Shown piece by piece: positions 27,469 through 41,882 of a DNA stretch of 64,000 nucleotides (within the stretch, counting starts at the first letter, position 1; each line of letters begins with the position of its first letter). The stretch lies in NCBI RefSeq assembly GCF_009914755.1, contig NC_060936.1; one strand, given 5' to 3'. The stretch comes from the human T2T-CHM13v2.0 reference genome, Homo sapiens. The notes beneath the pieces are model-generated. The model was given only the letters and a program-made list of their open reading frames with translations. It searched no databases and had not been told where the DNA came from. The position numbers and the translations under genes are program-made.

Positions 27469-29828
27469 TTCATTTAAAAATAGGGTCTAATTCAGAGTTT
27501 TAAGTGAATCAGACTCACCTCCCTCCAATTAGTCCACATTAGTTAGGTTTTAAAGTTAATCTGTAGTGACGGCCAGTTCCTCCTACTATCTAAACAAAGT
27601 CCCTGCTGTTGGAGAGCCAGCCTGTTTCTTCTTTCCTTGTCTGTCCTTAGGGCAAACAGAGTGTAGCTGGTCTCGTCTGAATGATTTACTCTCAGCACAT
27701 TTGAAGAACAGGTTTCTAGAGGGGATTTGAGGGCATGACAAAAATATAGCATCTCATGGACTAGATGCAGCCCCCAGAGCCCCACATTGCTGGCAGGGCC
27801 CTGTCACCTACTGGCTGACACCCTTGGCAACCCCCAGCACCGGGGAATTGCTTTCCATGACGATAACCATGGCAGCCAGTGCCTGGCACTGCTCACATGC
27901 ATTAGTTCAATTAATGTCCACAAAAACCCTGGGAGGCAGGTGCTTTCCTTACTCCCATTTTCCATCTGATGAACACAGAGGAGGGTGCATTTCTGTTCCA
28001 GTGTCATTCTGTCCTGTGCAGACAAAGGGTTAAGCGTGTCTTTACACATGAAGCCAGAGGAGTCTTTCTCCCCTATAATTAAACCCTCCCGGTGCGCTTC
28101 CTTAACTGGATGTCATTCTGTGTGCGTTGACTATGAAGGGGACTGTGCTTTGCTCTGGTGCCAACAGGGTCTGGGGCATGTGCACCTGCATGTTCAGGGA
28201 GTGGGGCACGCTCGTCCCCTAGGACTGTGGCAGGGTGGTTTCTCTGGAGTCCAGCCTTCTTCCTCTCACTCGCACCCTGCTGTGACCTTTGGCTGGGCCG
28301 AGTTATTGCACCCGCACCCTGCTATGGAGTAGTGGCGAGTGTGCAGGACAGGTGTTGGGCAGGAAATTTTCTCTAAAGATTACACTTCGAGTTCTGAGCT
28401 GCAAGGTTTTGAGAGGCAGAAATGTTGTTTAACCGCTTTCATTAACAGATGTGTACTAATGCAGAAGTGGTCACTGCTAACAAATTTGTAATTCAAAAGA
28501 TATTTAAAGCTCATAGGAATGCCCCAAAGGGTCTGTTAAGTAAGGTCAGCAATGCTTCTGGTCAAGTCCATCATCTGTGACACTAAAAGGGACTGGACAA
28601 TCGCTAAAGGTCTGTTGCAGTGTGAATGTCTTTAGATATTCATTTAACAAACACGTATAATGCTTCTTGTGTACTGGGTACTGTTCTAGGGCTTTGACCA
28701 ACAGCAGCTCTTTCCGTCTTCTTTACCGCTCCATGAGGTGAATACTATCAGCCCCATTCTGAGGCCCAGGGAGGCTAAGAAACTTGGCCAGAGTCACAGA
28801 GTTCCTTCACTGATGCCTCAAGGCTTGAAAGCAGGCGAAATAACCACTCTAGAGACTGTGGCTCTGCGCAGGGCCTGAGGGATACCTTCCCCCAGATCCA
28901 GGCTTTCAGCCCATGCTCCTAACCTCCGAGGCAGCCTGGCTAGAGAGCTGGGCCTGATTGAGGAGAAATCCTGGTAGTTACATTCTCTGATGTCAAATTC
29001 ATAAAGGGTAACTTCTCTTAAAATCCCAGGGTGAATCTCGTGTCTGTGAGTTTATCAAAATGCTTCCCTACTTCTACTTTAACCCTCTTTTTGGCCAGCA
29101 GTCCGTGAAGATGACAGTTACCTTCATCCAAAGGGGGCCTCTCTCAGGCATCTGGGCTCTGACAACTCCAACCCAACAGGATCACTCTTGAGTCTTAAGT
29201 GTTCAGGTCTTCGCAGTTTCCCACACATTCTTGGTGGCCCAACTCCCTCAGGAGGAAGACAGTCTCAGGGCTATCACTAATAGGCCGCAGAAGGAGCTGG
29301 CTAGTGGCCTGGAGGTTAATTTCAAGTAAACAAGAGAGAAGCAGGAGCCCTGTGGCATTTTCTCTGGTTTCCAGCATCCTGTAAGCCCTCCCCTGGATGT
29401 CCAGAACCTTCTGTGTGATTTGACCAGCCTGTGGAGGATGTTCTGACGGCCCCTTCCAATGCACTGGTGAACCCCTGTGCTGAAGGACTCAGCAAGGTTA
29501 TCCCTCAAGCCCTGAGAAACAAGATTTTGTTTTCATCAGTTTCCAGCCTTGGGGCATCAGTGAGAAGAGCTGAGGGAGAAGACGATACTGACGGAGGGAG
29601 AGCAATATTGGCACGTGGCTGCTGGGACAGCATGTGGAATAGAATTCTGTTTTCACATAATATTGTTTCAGCAGAAAAGGTGATTTCAGGAATGAGAGAT
29701 TTCAATCAGAGTTTCTGTGTAGTGATTTGATTCTCATGTTTTCAGATTTTTTTCTTTAAATTATCACAATATTCAGAACATATTCATAATTTTTCATAAA
29801 ATTTATAGCTACAATGCCAGCATTTCTC

Positions 29829-29907
29829 TTAGGTGGAGCCATATGAAATTGTCAATAGGTGACCATTTTTACCTACAAAAGTGGTAGTTTCATAAGGTTA
29901 AACATAA
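29829..29907. mobile_element. MADE2-like mariner MITE
   Basis: ~80-bp element ttaggtggagccatatgaaattg...tttcataaggttaaacataa with imperfect terminal inverted repeats. Confidence 0.75.
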
Positions 29908-32074
29908 GTTCAACCTTACATTTCTAGAAAATCTCTTTTCATGGAATTCTAAGCTGTGCCATAAACATGGTATCTTATAAAGAAATCTTACCTTCACTTG
30001 CAAGTGGTTTGGAGGATGTGTAGCTCCTGTTTATTTTGGAAATGACTTAAAGTTGTTGATATGGGTCTTTTTCTCCCTGAGTGATTACAACTTCTCATTC
30101 TAATGATGGGAAAGTCTACAGTCATCTCTGCCACTTCTAACGTGGGGTGGCCCCAATTCCCCTCCATTGATGATTGGAGGGGAATCGCTTGTTGTCACAT
30201 CGAATCCTAGAACCCTGTGAGACTGGAAGGAATTTAATTTGAAATTGCCGTGCATACCAGTTCTGCTCTGGGCTGGAGAAACAATCCTGCTGCAGATCCA
30301 TCTAGTGACATTAATCTTTCTTTGACTTAATTTGGTTTTCATCCCTAAAGTAGGGGCCCAGAGGACGCTCCCTGCCTCACAGGACTAGGGGACGATTAAT
30401 GAGTCACTCTTAGAAGAGCATTTGGAGCTCCTCAGATGGAACAAATGGCATCTTTTTAACACTCTGCATTCCAGGGCACTTTTCAAAAAGGCATTTCTGT
30501 CCTTACCTCAGCAGCAGCTGACTTGTGCTAAAAAGAAAACGGAAACCTTTCCCCCACAAACATCTGTAAATAAACTATTTTTCTGTCTTTATAATCGTGT
30601 TAAAGTGTCACATGGGGGAAATGTTCCAGCTCTAGAGCAGCTGTGAAAGTTAGAAATGCACTCACACATACGCGCTCACACACACACACAACTCATCCAC
30701 TAATAAAATGTTTCTACACTTGCTCTTGGGAGATAATTTCAGAGTAAAATTTCCTTGGTACAAGCTGTGTCTATGCTATCTTAATGCCTGAGCACAGCAC
30801 TAGCAGCGGGCTGTTGCCAGCTCTTGAGGAGACATTTGAACTTTTGGCAGCGCTCCTTATCAGAAGGCCCATCCGAGGTATTTGTGATTATAGAGTAAGG
30901 GTGCTCGCTTTTGGCAAAACAAAGCGTCTGACAGTAGTGAAGTACTGGCTCAACACTCAATGGGAGACATTTGGGATTCATTCTTTGACAATTACCCAGA
31001 ATGAATCATCAGCTTCCTTTTATAAAAAGATATTTATTGGCTTAGAAACAGAGCATATCCAGCTCTTCGTGGGGAGGAATTTTGTAACTATGTTCAAAGC
31101 TTCTCATAAACTCGGTGTCTGAGTATTGCTAAGGGGGTGCCTGCACAGAGCATTTAGTTTAATTGCATCAAATATGGAGGAGAATTGAAAAATCAGCCAG
31201 CAAACAATGAATAGCTCAAGGGGAAAAGGAGAGGATGCTCGTTAATAGGAGCAGAGTCGAAGAGCTCAGTAAGAGTTAAGAATCCCTGCTGGAGTCACTT
31301 TGCAGAGGCCTGATGGCCCCAGCCGGCCCCTGCCCAGTGCTGCCCCCACCCCACCACCAAGATATCATGCACACCAGCAGTTGGAGGCCTCTGGCCTAAA
31401 CTTAGCGGCTGGCTGGACAGCTGTGTTTGAGGACCTCTTGAGGGCTGGCTCTTGCTCTGTGTTCCTCCCTGTGGGTGTAACCTGAAGGAGATTAGGTTTT
31501 AATCCTTTGGTGCTTGCTAGGTGGGCTAGTACATTCTGATAACCAATGTGCAGCAGGCCAGAAGAGAAATTCTAGGTTTCCACTCTTTCCAAACTGGGAA
31601 GGCAAGGTCCAAATTAATATTAGAATTGAGAATAGCTTTGGAGCTTCAGAATGGAGGGAAAAGTCACTTAGCTGATAAGGTTCAGAAGTGACAGGGTCAG
31701 TCCTCCAGAAACAGTTCCAGAATGAAGGAGATTTGTGGATCTCTGACCTGCCTCCTTCTTGCCACCCGTTTGTCTTGTAATTTTGTGAATGAGCCCCTCC
31801 TCCCACAGAGCCAGGCCTGCCCCCAGCATCTTGGCATCTTTGCCCCCCTTTGCCCGAAGGGCACTTCCTTGCTTGGGGATTTGCGAGTGCCCATCAGGGT
31901 GTGGGGGAGGGGCACTGTAGGGCCACTTGACCCTGGTTTCCATGGTACCAAAAGGTCTTAGGTGAGAACGCTTGATTTTAACTCCAAAAGAGGCAATATA
32001 TACAGAGGCCTGCCTTTGTCAAATGTATACATTTAAAATCTGTGGCAATTCTTATCAGTTCTATTGAAGCATAA

Positions 32075-32355
32075 TTTTTGAGACAGGATCTTGCTCTGTT
32101 GCCCAGGCTGGAGTGCAGTGGCACAATCGTGGCTCACTGCACCCTTGACCTCCCACGCTCAAGCCATCCTCCTGCCTCAGCTGGGACTACAGGCATGTGC
32201 CACAATGCTCAGCGCTTTTTTGTTTGTTTGTTTGTTTTGAGGAGAGATGGGGATCTGAGTTCTCCGGGCTGGTCTTGAACTCCTAGGATCAAGCAATCCT
32301 ACTGCCTTGGCTTCCCAAAGAGCTGGGATTACAGTCATGAACCACTGTGTCCAGC
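32075..32355 (-). mobile_element. Alu (AluJ-like), antisense
   Basis: Reverse-complement Alu with internal deletions. Confidence 0.85.
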
Positions 32356-33330
32356 CAAAATATAATTCATATTACCATAAAGCTAATTCGTTTAAAGTAT
32401 ACAATACAGTGGTTTTAGGTATACTTATAGAATTGAGCAACCATTGCCACAATCTAATTTTAGAACATTTTCATCCCTCCCGAAGAAACCTTGAATTCAT
32501 TAACAGTCACTCCTTATTTCCCCCAGCCCTGCTTTAGCCAACTAGTAATCTACGATCTGTCTATATAAATTTGCCCATTTTGGACATTTCGTATATTCTT
32601 TTTAGATTCGTGGGTACATGTGCAGGTTTGCTACAAGGGTATACTGCATGATGCTGAGGTGTGGGCTTCTATTGATCCCATCACCCAGTGAACGTAGTAC
32701 CCAACAGGAACTTTTTCAGCCCTTGCCCCAGACCCATCCCCGCTTTTGGAGTCCCTCATGTCTACTGCTCCCATCTTTATAGACACTTCATATCAATAGG
32801 ACCATACAATATGTGGTCTTTTGTGACTGGCTTCTTCGCGTGTTTTTGCAGTTCATCCATGCTGTAGCATGTATCGGTAATTCTTTCCTTTTATTGTATG
32901 GCAATTTTTGGTAGTATATTCATACTACATGAACTAACACATAGTAATAATGAACTACTTGTAGTTGCAACATGAATACATGTCACAGACCTTATACTGA
33001 CCCTCAAAATCTAGACACAGTACATACTGTATGATTCTATTTATATGATACCCAAGAACAGGCAAAATTCATAAATGGTGATGGAAGACAGAAAAGTAAT
33101 TACCTCTGGATGAAGATGGGGTGGTCATTGTCTCGGAAGGGACAATGGGAGCACTTTTCAGGACCTTGCAATATTTTATATCTTGATAAAGGTGGTGGTT
33201 ATGCCAGTATATATTTAATGTGAATAGTCATTGAGCTGCACACTTAATATTAGCAAAAGTTAAGCATGTCCCACATTATGCTTACATTTCAAAGCTTTTA
33301 TTAAAAAGTATATGCAAATTTTGTGATTTT
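32356..33330. mobile_element. Degraded L1 3' fragments (L1M-type, with an L1PA-type 3' piece at ~32595-32780)
   Basis: tttagaacattttcatc, gggtacatgtgcaggtttg and catactgtatgattctatttatatg L1 3' motifs in both orientations. Confidence 0.6.
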
Positions 33331-33352
33331 ACAAGCTTTTGAAAAAATGTCA

Positions 33353-33697
33353 CAGGTTGAATATCCCTTATCCAAAATGCTTGGAACCACAAGTATTTCA
33401 GATTTTGGAATTTGCTTGGATTCTAGAATATTTGCATACACATAATGAAATATTTTAGTGACAGGACCCATGTTTAAACACAGAATTTATTTATGTTTCA
33501 TATACACCTTGTACACAGAGCCTGAAGGTAATTTTATATAATTTGTGCACAAATCAAAGTTTTTATTGGGTTTTGACTGTCACTCATGCTATCATGAGTT
33601 CAGGTGCCGAATTTTCCACTTGTGGCACCACGTTAGCACCCACAACGTTTCAGATTTTGGAGCATTTTGAATTTTCGGATTAGGGATGCTCAACCTG
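33353..33697. mobile_element. Tigger4/MER46-like TcMar-Tigger element
   Basis: TIRs caggttgaatatccct / agggatgctcaacctg; TA after the right end. Confidence 0.82.
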
Positions 33698-34233
33698 TAT
33701 ATACCTACAGAAAAACAAATAAATTATAAGCGTACTGCTGGATGAATTATCATCAAGTGAGCATATCCTGAAACTACCACCCATGTCAAAAAATAGAAGC
33801 CCTCTCCTGGCCTTTCCTAATCACTACCGCTGCTCTCTTCTCCAAATATCTAACATGATAGTTTTGACTGTTTGGGCTTTTTCTTTTTTCAAGCTCTATG
33901 TAAATGGAATCAGTCAGTATACTTTCTTTTCTGTCGAGCTTCTTCTGCTCAACATTATGATTGTAAGATTTACCCATGTGGCGTGTAACAGTAGTTTGCT
34001 CATTTTCATTGTTTTATAAACTGTTGTATAAATATGCCCCAAATTATTCATTCTGATGATGGATGTTTGAGTTGTTTCCAGTATGGGACAATTACAAATC
34101 GCTCCCTATCAGGATTTATACTTATTTCTGTGGACTAAGGACCTACATGTGAAATGGCTCTGTCATAGGGTAGATACCAACTTTATATACCACAATTTCT
34201 GAAAACCCATTTCAGCATTTCTTAATAGAGTAG

Positions 34234-34902
34234 TGTCATAGTCAGTTCGGGCTGCTATAACAGAATACCATTGACTGGGTGGCTTAAACATTTGTTCCTT
34301 ATAGTTCCAGAGACTGGAAGTTCACTGTCTGGGCAAAGTACTAGTAGCTCGGTGAGGACCCTCCTCCTGGTTTGCTGAGAGCCGTCTTCTTGTATCCTTG
34401 TGTAGTGGAAAGCAGAGGGGACCAGCAAGCTCTGCTGTCTCTTCCTTTTCCTCCTCTGTTTAGAGACAAGGTCTCATTCTGTCGCCCAGGCTGGAGTAGA
34501 GTGGCACAGTCAGGGCTCACTGCAGCCTTGGATGTCTGGGCTCAAGTGATCCTCTCACCTCAGCCTCCCAGGTAGCTGGGACTACAGGTGTGCACCAATG
34601 CGCCCAGATAATTAAAAAAATTTTTTTTATACAGAGGGATCTCCCTATGTTGCCCAGGCTGGTCTCAAAACTCCTGGACTCAAGGATCCTCCTCTTCTTC
34701 CTCCCAAAGTGCTGGGATCGCAGGAGTGAGGCACCACGCCCAGCCCTGGTGTCTCTTCTTATAAGGGCACTATTCCCATCATGAGGGCTCCAACCTCATG
34801 ACTTAGTCACCTCCCAAAGGCCCTACCTCCTAATACCATCACACTGGGATTAGGATTTAAACATAGGAATCTGGAGGAGACACAAACATTCAGTCCATAG
34901 CA
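34234..34902 (-). mobile_element. MLT1A-like solo LTR with nested antisense AluJ (~34440-34746)
   Basis: TG...CA ends; agtag/agtaa near-TSD; Alu flanked by tgtctcttc repeats. Confidence 0.82.
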
Positions 34903-35311
34903 AGTAACAATTTTTTAACCTCAAAAAATGAAACTGGCCTAGGTCTTGCCTGACCTCTGCGAATTGGGGGGAATGTCCTAACACAGCTCAGTCTTCCCCT
35001 CTTCCAGGGCTTCCCACCTCCCATCTGTCCCACAGGGTCCTGGCCTCCACCTTCTGCGTACTACCCCACTGCCTCCCATGGCCTCATCAGCCTCCTCCAC
35101 AGGACCATGAGCCCCTTGAGGACAGAGACACTGCCTTGCTTGTCATTTAGTCCCAGCCTCCAGCACAGTGCCCAGAACATAGTAATTCTTGATAAATATT
35201 TGATTTAATAAGTGACAGCATGTAAGATCCATCCAGCCATCTAATTCCTGGGTGAAGTTGAGAAATCCATTAAATTTTGAAAACTCATATATCTTTTATC
35301 TTTGGTTTCAG

Positions 35312-35366
35312 ATATCAAATGGATCCACTATAAAAGTCTTTAAGAAGATAGCAAATTTTACTTCAG
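35312..35366 (+). CDS. PLXNC1: Plexin C1 coding exon 7/14 (ISNGSTIKVFKKIANFTS)
   Basis: tttcAG / GTAACC, 55 nt; phases match both neighbours. Confidence 0.93.
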
Positions 35367-36369
35367 GTAACCAATATAATATTGTTAACCTTTTGTTCTC
35401 ACCCAGCTTCATAAAGTATTGCTTTTTGCCTCTCTCAGCTGTATTGTCACAAAGGTGAGATTGAGTTGTTGCTATGTAATTCTCTGAAAGTTGAGAAAAG
35501 TCATTTTGATCTCTTTGCAGTCCTAAGAATGTGATCCCTGCAAGAAGGAAAGGAAACTATAGATGGTGGTTGGCCTGGACTGCCCAGCACTGAGGAAGTG
35601 GCTGCCTCTTTATAGCCCTAAACTCAGGGCAGAATCTCATAGCTTTTTTTCAACCCTTTAGAAGGATGGGGCCTAACAGAGGAGATCCCCCTGGCAAACT
35701 GAGAGGGAAGAGTACAGACAATCATCACAGAGCCCCGCAGCAAGCGCTGAACAAACAAGATAATCCACTTAGAAGGTCCAAGTCTCCTGTGATAGCACTT
35801 GCAAAATTCCCAGAAATTGGAGAGAGACAAACTAAAGGGGGAACTTTTATGGGAAAGTCAATAGGCTGGTCTCTAAAGTGATCTTCTGCTTCCCTGATAG
35901 CCCTGGGGCAGGAAATTCCTGTTCCAGGTTTGTCTCCAGAGAAATTATACCCCAGTCAAGACAATCAGCTCTCAGCCCTTGGAAAGGTTCTGAGCTCCTC
36001 CCAAACAGGCTCCTTTCACACACACAGCCAGAGGTAGGGCTTCCTGACTTCTGGATTCACTATTAGAAGGAGCAGGGAGCATCTGGCCAGTGCAAACAGG
36101 GAATGTGGGGTTCTTGATTATACAGACAGGATAATTGGGTAGGACTCCTTTGGGGAAACCCACCTTCCATCACTATATGGGGCTGTGGTGAAGCCATCTT
36201 GCAGAGATCATTCCAGCTTAAGGGGGATGGTGTCTTTGTGTTGAAAAGTGGAAGAGCATGGTTTTTAGGTTTCAAAGATTGGGCCTTTTGAAGAGCCTAT
36301 TATTTGGGGATTGAATAGTAGAATCTTAGGTTTGGATCTCTTCGTGGGCCCTCCAGTCAGTCAACACTG

Positions 36370-37745
36370 CTGCTAGTTTCCATTCACTGCAACTGAGAGC
36401 CACCGTCTTACACCCTGCTAATACTCTAAACCTCCTGTACCTCTGTCCTATCATCAGCCCCTCTGTCAAAATCCCAACGCTGGATGAACCCAACGATTAT
36501 CCTTTCCTGACCCTACAGCTAGGGAGCCACAGAAGAAAGGCACATAATGGCACACAGGGGGTCACTATAAGTTCATGGTACCCAACTTGACCAGGGCCCT
36601 CCACACAGCCTGCTCTCATTGGGTTCCTCTGGGCAATTCAACTCTGTGTTGTCCATAATGTCTGCCTTCTCTCCTCAAAGCTTTGACCCACACAGCTCTC
36701 CTCTCAGCAGATGACTTCACCCTGCACTCTTTACAGAGAAAACTAATCAGAAGTCCTTCAACAGCCAGTAGCAAACCTACCAACCTACCTGCACCTGCCT
36801 TCTTCCTTGATGCTTGTAGGCTGACCTTCTTCCATTCAAGGCCAGTCTCTCACCTGTGCTTTGGGTCCACCATCCTTTCCAACCTTCTTGGTATCCTTAC
36901 ACCACCAGTAATCTCTTTTCTCACCTGTACTTTCTTTTCCTCTCCATCTACTCCCCATTTTCCATTAGCATTTCAAGATGTGCTCATCTCTCTCATCTTT
37001 ATTTTTAAGACAGTGTCTCGCTGTCACCCAGGCTGTAGTGCAGTGGTACAATCATGGCTCACTGAAGCCTCAACCTGCTGGGCTCAAATGATCCTCCCAC
37101 CTCAGCCTCCCAAGTAGCTGGGATTACAGGAGTGTGCTACCATGCTCAGATACTCTTTAAAATTTTTTGTAGAAATGAGGTCTCGCTACATTGTCCAGGC
37201 TGGTCTTGAAATCTGGACTCAGGCAGTCCTCCTGCCTTGGCTTCCCAAAGTGCTGGGATTACAGATGTGAGCCACTGAGCCTCTCTCAACTTTAAAACAA
37301 ACAAACCAAATGCCTTACTTCCTCTCTTCCCTCCATTTACCACTCCCTTACCCTTTACAGCCACATTTCCTCACTCTGCGCTACTCTTGACTTGCTCTGT
37401 GAGCACCACCTCATTGTCCTTTGAGATCCTAGAAAGGGTCAGCTCCTTCCTACCTTTGGACCTTCCTGCAATTTGCCTAGCTGACTCTATCTCTTCATTA
37501 GATTCAGCTCAAGCATCCCTTCCTCAAAAACTCCTGGACTAGATTTGGTCTCTTGTTAATTCTTTAGCATATAATTCTCCTTCATAACCTTTATCACAGT
37601 TATAATAATTGTGTACCTAGAAGTTTGATGTCTCTCATTGGCCAGAATGCAAATTCCATCAGGGTGGGAACTGGGTCTTATTCATTGCTATATGCCCAGT
37701 AGTCCCTGGCACATAGGAGGTGTTCTAGGTACATTTGTTAAATGA
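36370..37745 (+). mobile_element. L2 fragment with nested antisense AluJ (~37000-37280)
   Basis: C/T-rich L2 body ending cctggcacatagg...atttgttaaatgaatga. Confidence 0.65.
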
Positions 37746-38014
37746 ATGAGGCTTGAGCCTCTCCTACCAGCAAGAGATCAGAGATCACTAGGGAATCTAC
37801 TTCCTCCTCCAATCCCTCACCCGTCCCATCTTCACGCTGTTCTTAAGATCTTAAGATGCAGCAGGGGGAAAAATGTAGCTATGGAGAGCTCAAGTCAAAA
37901 AGCTCAAGTAACTTCAGTATACAGCACAAATGGGGCCTTTTAAGAGAAGGCCGATTAGCCCATGGTTGCTTTTTTTAATGGACTGCTTTCTCTCCCTCTT
38001 TCTCTGGCATTCAG

Positions 38015-38046
38015 ATGTGGAGTACTCGGATGACCACTGCCATTTG
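38015..38046 (+). CDS. PLXNC1: Plexin C1 coding exon 8/14 (32-nt exon, DVEYSDDHCHL)
   Basis: Long pyrimidine tract + AG, GTGAGT donor; restores frame. Confidence 0.92.
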
Positions 38047-38141
38047 GTGAGTTCAGGCTTTCTTGTGCTCACCACTGAACTGCATGCCTTCTGTAGCAAG
38101 AGTGGTCTCCTTGGGTAACGCTTCTGCTGTCTTCCCTTCAG

Positions 38142-38249
38142 ATTTTACCAGATTCGGAAGCATTCCAAGATGTGCAAGGAAAGAGACATCGAGGGAAGCA
38201 CAAGTTCAAAGTAAAAGAAATGTATCTGACAAAGCTGCTGTCGACCAAG
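38142..38249 (+). CDS. PLXNC1: Plexin C1 coding exon 9/14 (ILPDSE...KEMYLTKLLSTK)
   Basis: cttcAG / GTACAC, 108 nt; ExYLTxLLxxK plexin motif; preceded by a 95-nt intron. Confidence 0.96.
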
Positions 38250-39457
38250 GTACACTTACTGTTCTGGGAGCACTTTATGGCTACCTAGGGGGTGTATGAT
38301 ATGTTTGACTTAATTTCCACTGAAGTGTGAAAATGTTACAAATCCCTTGTGCCTTCTAGCAAAGCAAAATGAAAGTTTAAATTGTAAACACTTCCTACCC
38401 AGTTCCTCTTCTTTTTATACACTACAAAGATAACAGCACTTTACAGATTTGTACTGTAGTATCTTCAGTCAGGGATTTAATATTGTTCCCAGTCTCTTTC
38501 TCCACCATTTCACTATTATTGTTATTTTTTAGGTTGACAGCATAATTATTCCTTTTGGTTTACTTGTTATTATAGATGAGCAATAAAACTCCCTTTTTGA
38601 ATTGCAAATAAAATGAAGGGGATGGGAAGGGTCAATGACTATAAACCTAGTAAATCTTAATTTTTGTTTTTCATTTTAAAATTAAGAATTCTGCTCACAC
38701 ATAAAAGTGTCAGATGTGAAAGCCGGTGGAATACCAAACCGAGAGCAAATTTTACTTTATCTGGCTTTTAGTGGAATTAACAGAAGTCTGTGGTGATCTT
38801 TTTTTTCCTCCCCCTCTGGAATGATGAGCACTATAAATGCTATGATCTACACTTGGCCCCAGGAACTTGATGGGCATGCTTCTTCAGATTATAACAAAGA
38901 ATCTGCTTAGAGCTTAGGAGATTTGTTTAGTGGGCAGAGGACAGCCCAAGCCTCTTGATTTTCTCAGCTGTCCCATAGAGCCCAGCCTATTTGGCTTTTG
39001 TGAAATACTCAAATGCTTTGGAAAGTACACAATAAAACTTTATGATAGAAATATATGCAACAGGAAAAATTCTGGGAACAGAGCAGCATCACTTGAGCTT
39101 TTCCAGGCTGAACATAACTAATAAAAGCCAAATATCCATGGCTTCCTGGTTTATGTAAACAGCCCTACAACTGACATTTCAACTGCTAGAGATTTCTGAT
39201 ATCCTCCCAGTTGACTAAACAATGTTATCAGCAAGAAGCTTATGAACCAAATCTAAACCTGGGCATGGATTTTCAAGACTTTTGACCTATACTGTGAGCA
39301 CTGGCCACATTTGACAATTTTACATTTTTCTCTTCAGTTTGTTTTTCCCTGTTTTGAACATTATTTTCTCTGAATGTGGATTTGCTTTTGCTATTATGTT
39401 TTCAAAACCACTACCACAGTTTTTAATCTCCCAAATCTGATGTTGTCTATCTTTCAG

Positions 39458-39621
39458 GTGGCAATTCATTCTGTGCTTGAAAAACTTTTTAGAAGCATTT
39501 GGAGTTTACCCAACAGCAGAGCTCCATTTGCTATAAAATACTTTTTTGACTTTTTGGACGCCCAGGCTGAAAACAAAAAAATCACAGATCCTGACGTCGT
39601 ACATATTTGGAAAACAAACAG
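39458..39621 (+). CDS. PLXNC1: Plexin C1 coding exon 10/14 (VAIHSV...AIKYFFDFLD...HIWKTN)
   Basis: ctttcAG / GTGGGA, 164 nt; conserved KYxFDFLD and HIWKTN motifs. Confidence 0.98.
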
Positions 39622-40303
39622 GTGGGAATGTAGGTGATTAGTGACTGTTTTCAAGAATCTGGGACAGAATATTAACTAAAAGAAAGACATAGATAGTTAT
39701 AGAAGGATTCATTTATCTCTATATCAGAATCTTTGGGCTTGGTAAGCTATCATGTCAAAGTAGTTTCTTATTCTGTTACTATTTTTAAACAATAAAGGAA
39801 ACCATTCCTATGCCAAGAATCCTGTTCTTGAAGATAAACTGTTATCTTTGGTGCATGATACTTTGTCTAGAATGTTAAAAGAAATTTAAGTTGACCAGTA
39901 AAGAATGAGAAATTAACATTTGTGGTTTTATATCATTTTTGCATTAGAGAAAATTTTATGATAAACCATTTTTTGTTCCTAATCGGTTACTTTGCAGTCT
40001 CCAAGCTGTCTATACTCTGATTCTGTACAGAAATTTATCAAGTGCAGTACTCAGATACTATGAGAATTAGCCAAAAGTTTGTGTTTTGTTTTATATTTTA
40101 ATATTTTACCTTAAGGACAGGCAAGGCATCCAAATTTTGCCTCCTCAGTAAAGAAATGTAGCTCATGAGCTCTCTTTGAAATGCTGTGTGCATGGGCTGG
40201 ATAAGACTCAGAGTTATGATGAAGTAGAACTTCTCAGTGCAAGCTCAAGGCTTTCCAGGCACTGAGGGCAGCCAGGTCACTTTAAATGAGTATCAAAAGC
40301 TGA

Positions 40304-40757
<454 letters not shown>

Positions 40758-40889
40758 TGAAGATTATGGCATCTGAGCAGGGGCAGCAGCCAGGACAGTA
40801 GAGCTGTTGGGAGACCTAGCAGCATATGGGGGAGGTAATGAGCTAGGCCAGAGTTGAAAAGGAGATAATGGAAGGACTTTGAACCAGTC

Positions 40890-41470
40890 CCAAGTTCATG
40901 TTCGGGTATTTGAGTACCTACTATGGGCCAAGCAGTTAGTTGCTGGAGATACAGTAACAAAACAGATGAAAGTCCAGGTCCCATTCTAATAGTTGGGGAC
41001 AGACACTAAATGCAATATGCAAACAGTAGCACATTAGCAGATGATGAGTGCAGTGGAGAAAGTAGGAAAGGAGGCTAGTATGTGTCAGGACTAGGTGATC
41101 TGAGAAGGCCTCACAGAGATGGTGACACTTGAACCAAGTCTTGAAAGAGGAGAGGGCATAAACCATGAGACTACCTGAGGCAAGAAAGTTTCAGGCAGAC
41201 AGACGCCAAGAGCACAAGTTGTGAGGCACGTGCTTGCTTGGCCCATATGAAAAATAGCAAGGAGAACAGGAGAGTTGGAATGAGCGCGGTGAGGAGCAGT
41301 GGGATAGGAGGGCCAGGTCATGCAGGGTGTTATCCAGAGGGAGATGGAGAGCCTCAGAGGGTTGGAGCAGAGGAGAGACATGGTCTGATTCTGTGTTGAG
41401 AGGACTGCTGATAGTTATGTGAGAACAAACTGTCAGGAGATGGGAAATAATCCAGGTGAGAGAGATTATA
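40890..41470 (-). mobile_element. L2 fragment
   Basis: tatttgagtacctactatgggcca...gaaggcctcacagagatggtgacacttga L2 antisense motifs. Confidence 0.7.
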
Positions 41471-41734
41471 ATCAAGAGCTATCTGGAGAAAATTCTTGCC
41501 CATGGCCACTTTCAAACTTACCCTCCTCTATCCTTCTTTTACAGTAGCTCTGCCAGTTAACCCTTTCTTCTTCTCTCCAAGTGACGCTTCTGTCTGTTGC
41601 TTGGTATGTTTGGCTAAGCAGAGTTGTATACCTCAATAACAAGGACAAAAACACCCGTTTACAAACTGTGATAAACAGACCATTGGCTTCATGAATGGCC
41701 CTATTTGAAAAGAGATTATTCTCTCTTTGAACAG

Positions 41735-41882
41735 CCTTCCTCTTCGCTTCTGGGTAAACATCCTGAAGAACCCTCAGTTTGTCTTTGACATTAAGAAGAC
41801 ACCACATATAGACGGCTGTTTGTCAGTGATTGCCCAGGCATTCATGGATGCATTTTCTCTCACAGAGCAGCAACTAGGGAAG
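41735..41882 (+). CDS. PLXNC1: Plexin C1 coding exon 11/14 ([19 protein letters not shown]...QLGK)
   Basis: aacAG / GTAAGG, 148 nt; LPLRFW second GAP arginine motif. Confidence 0.98.
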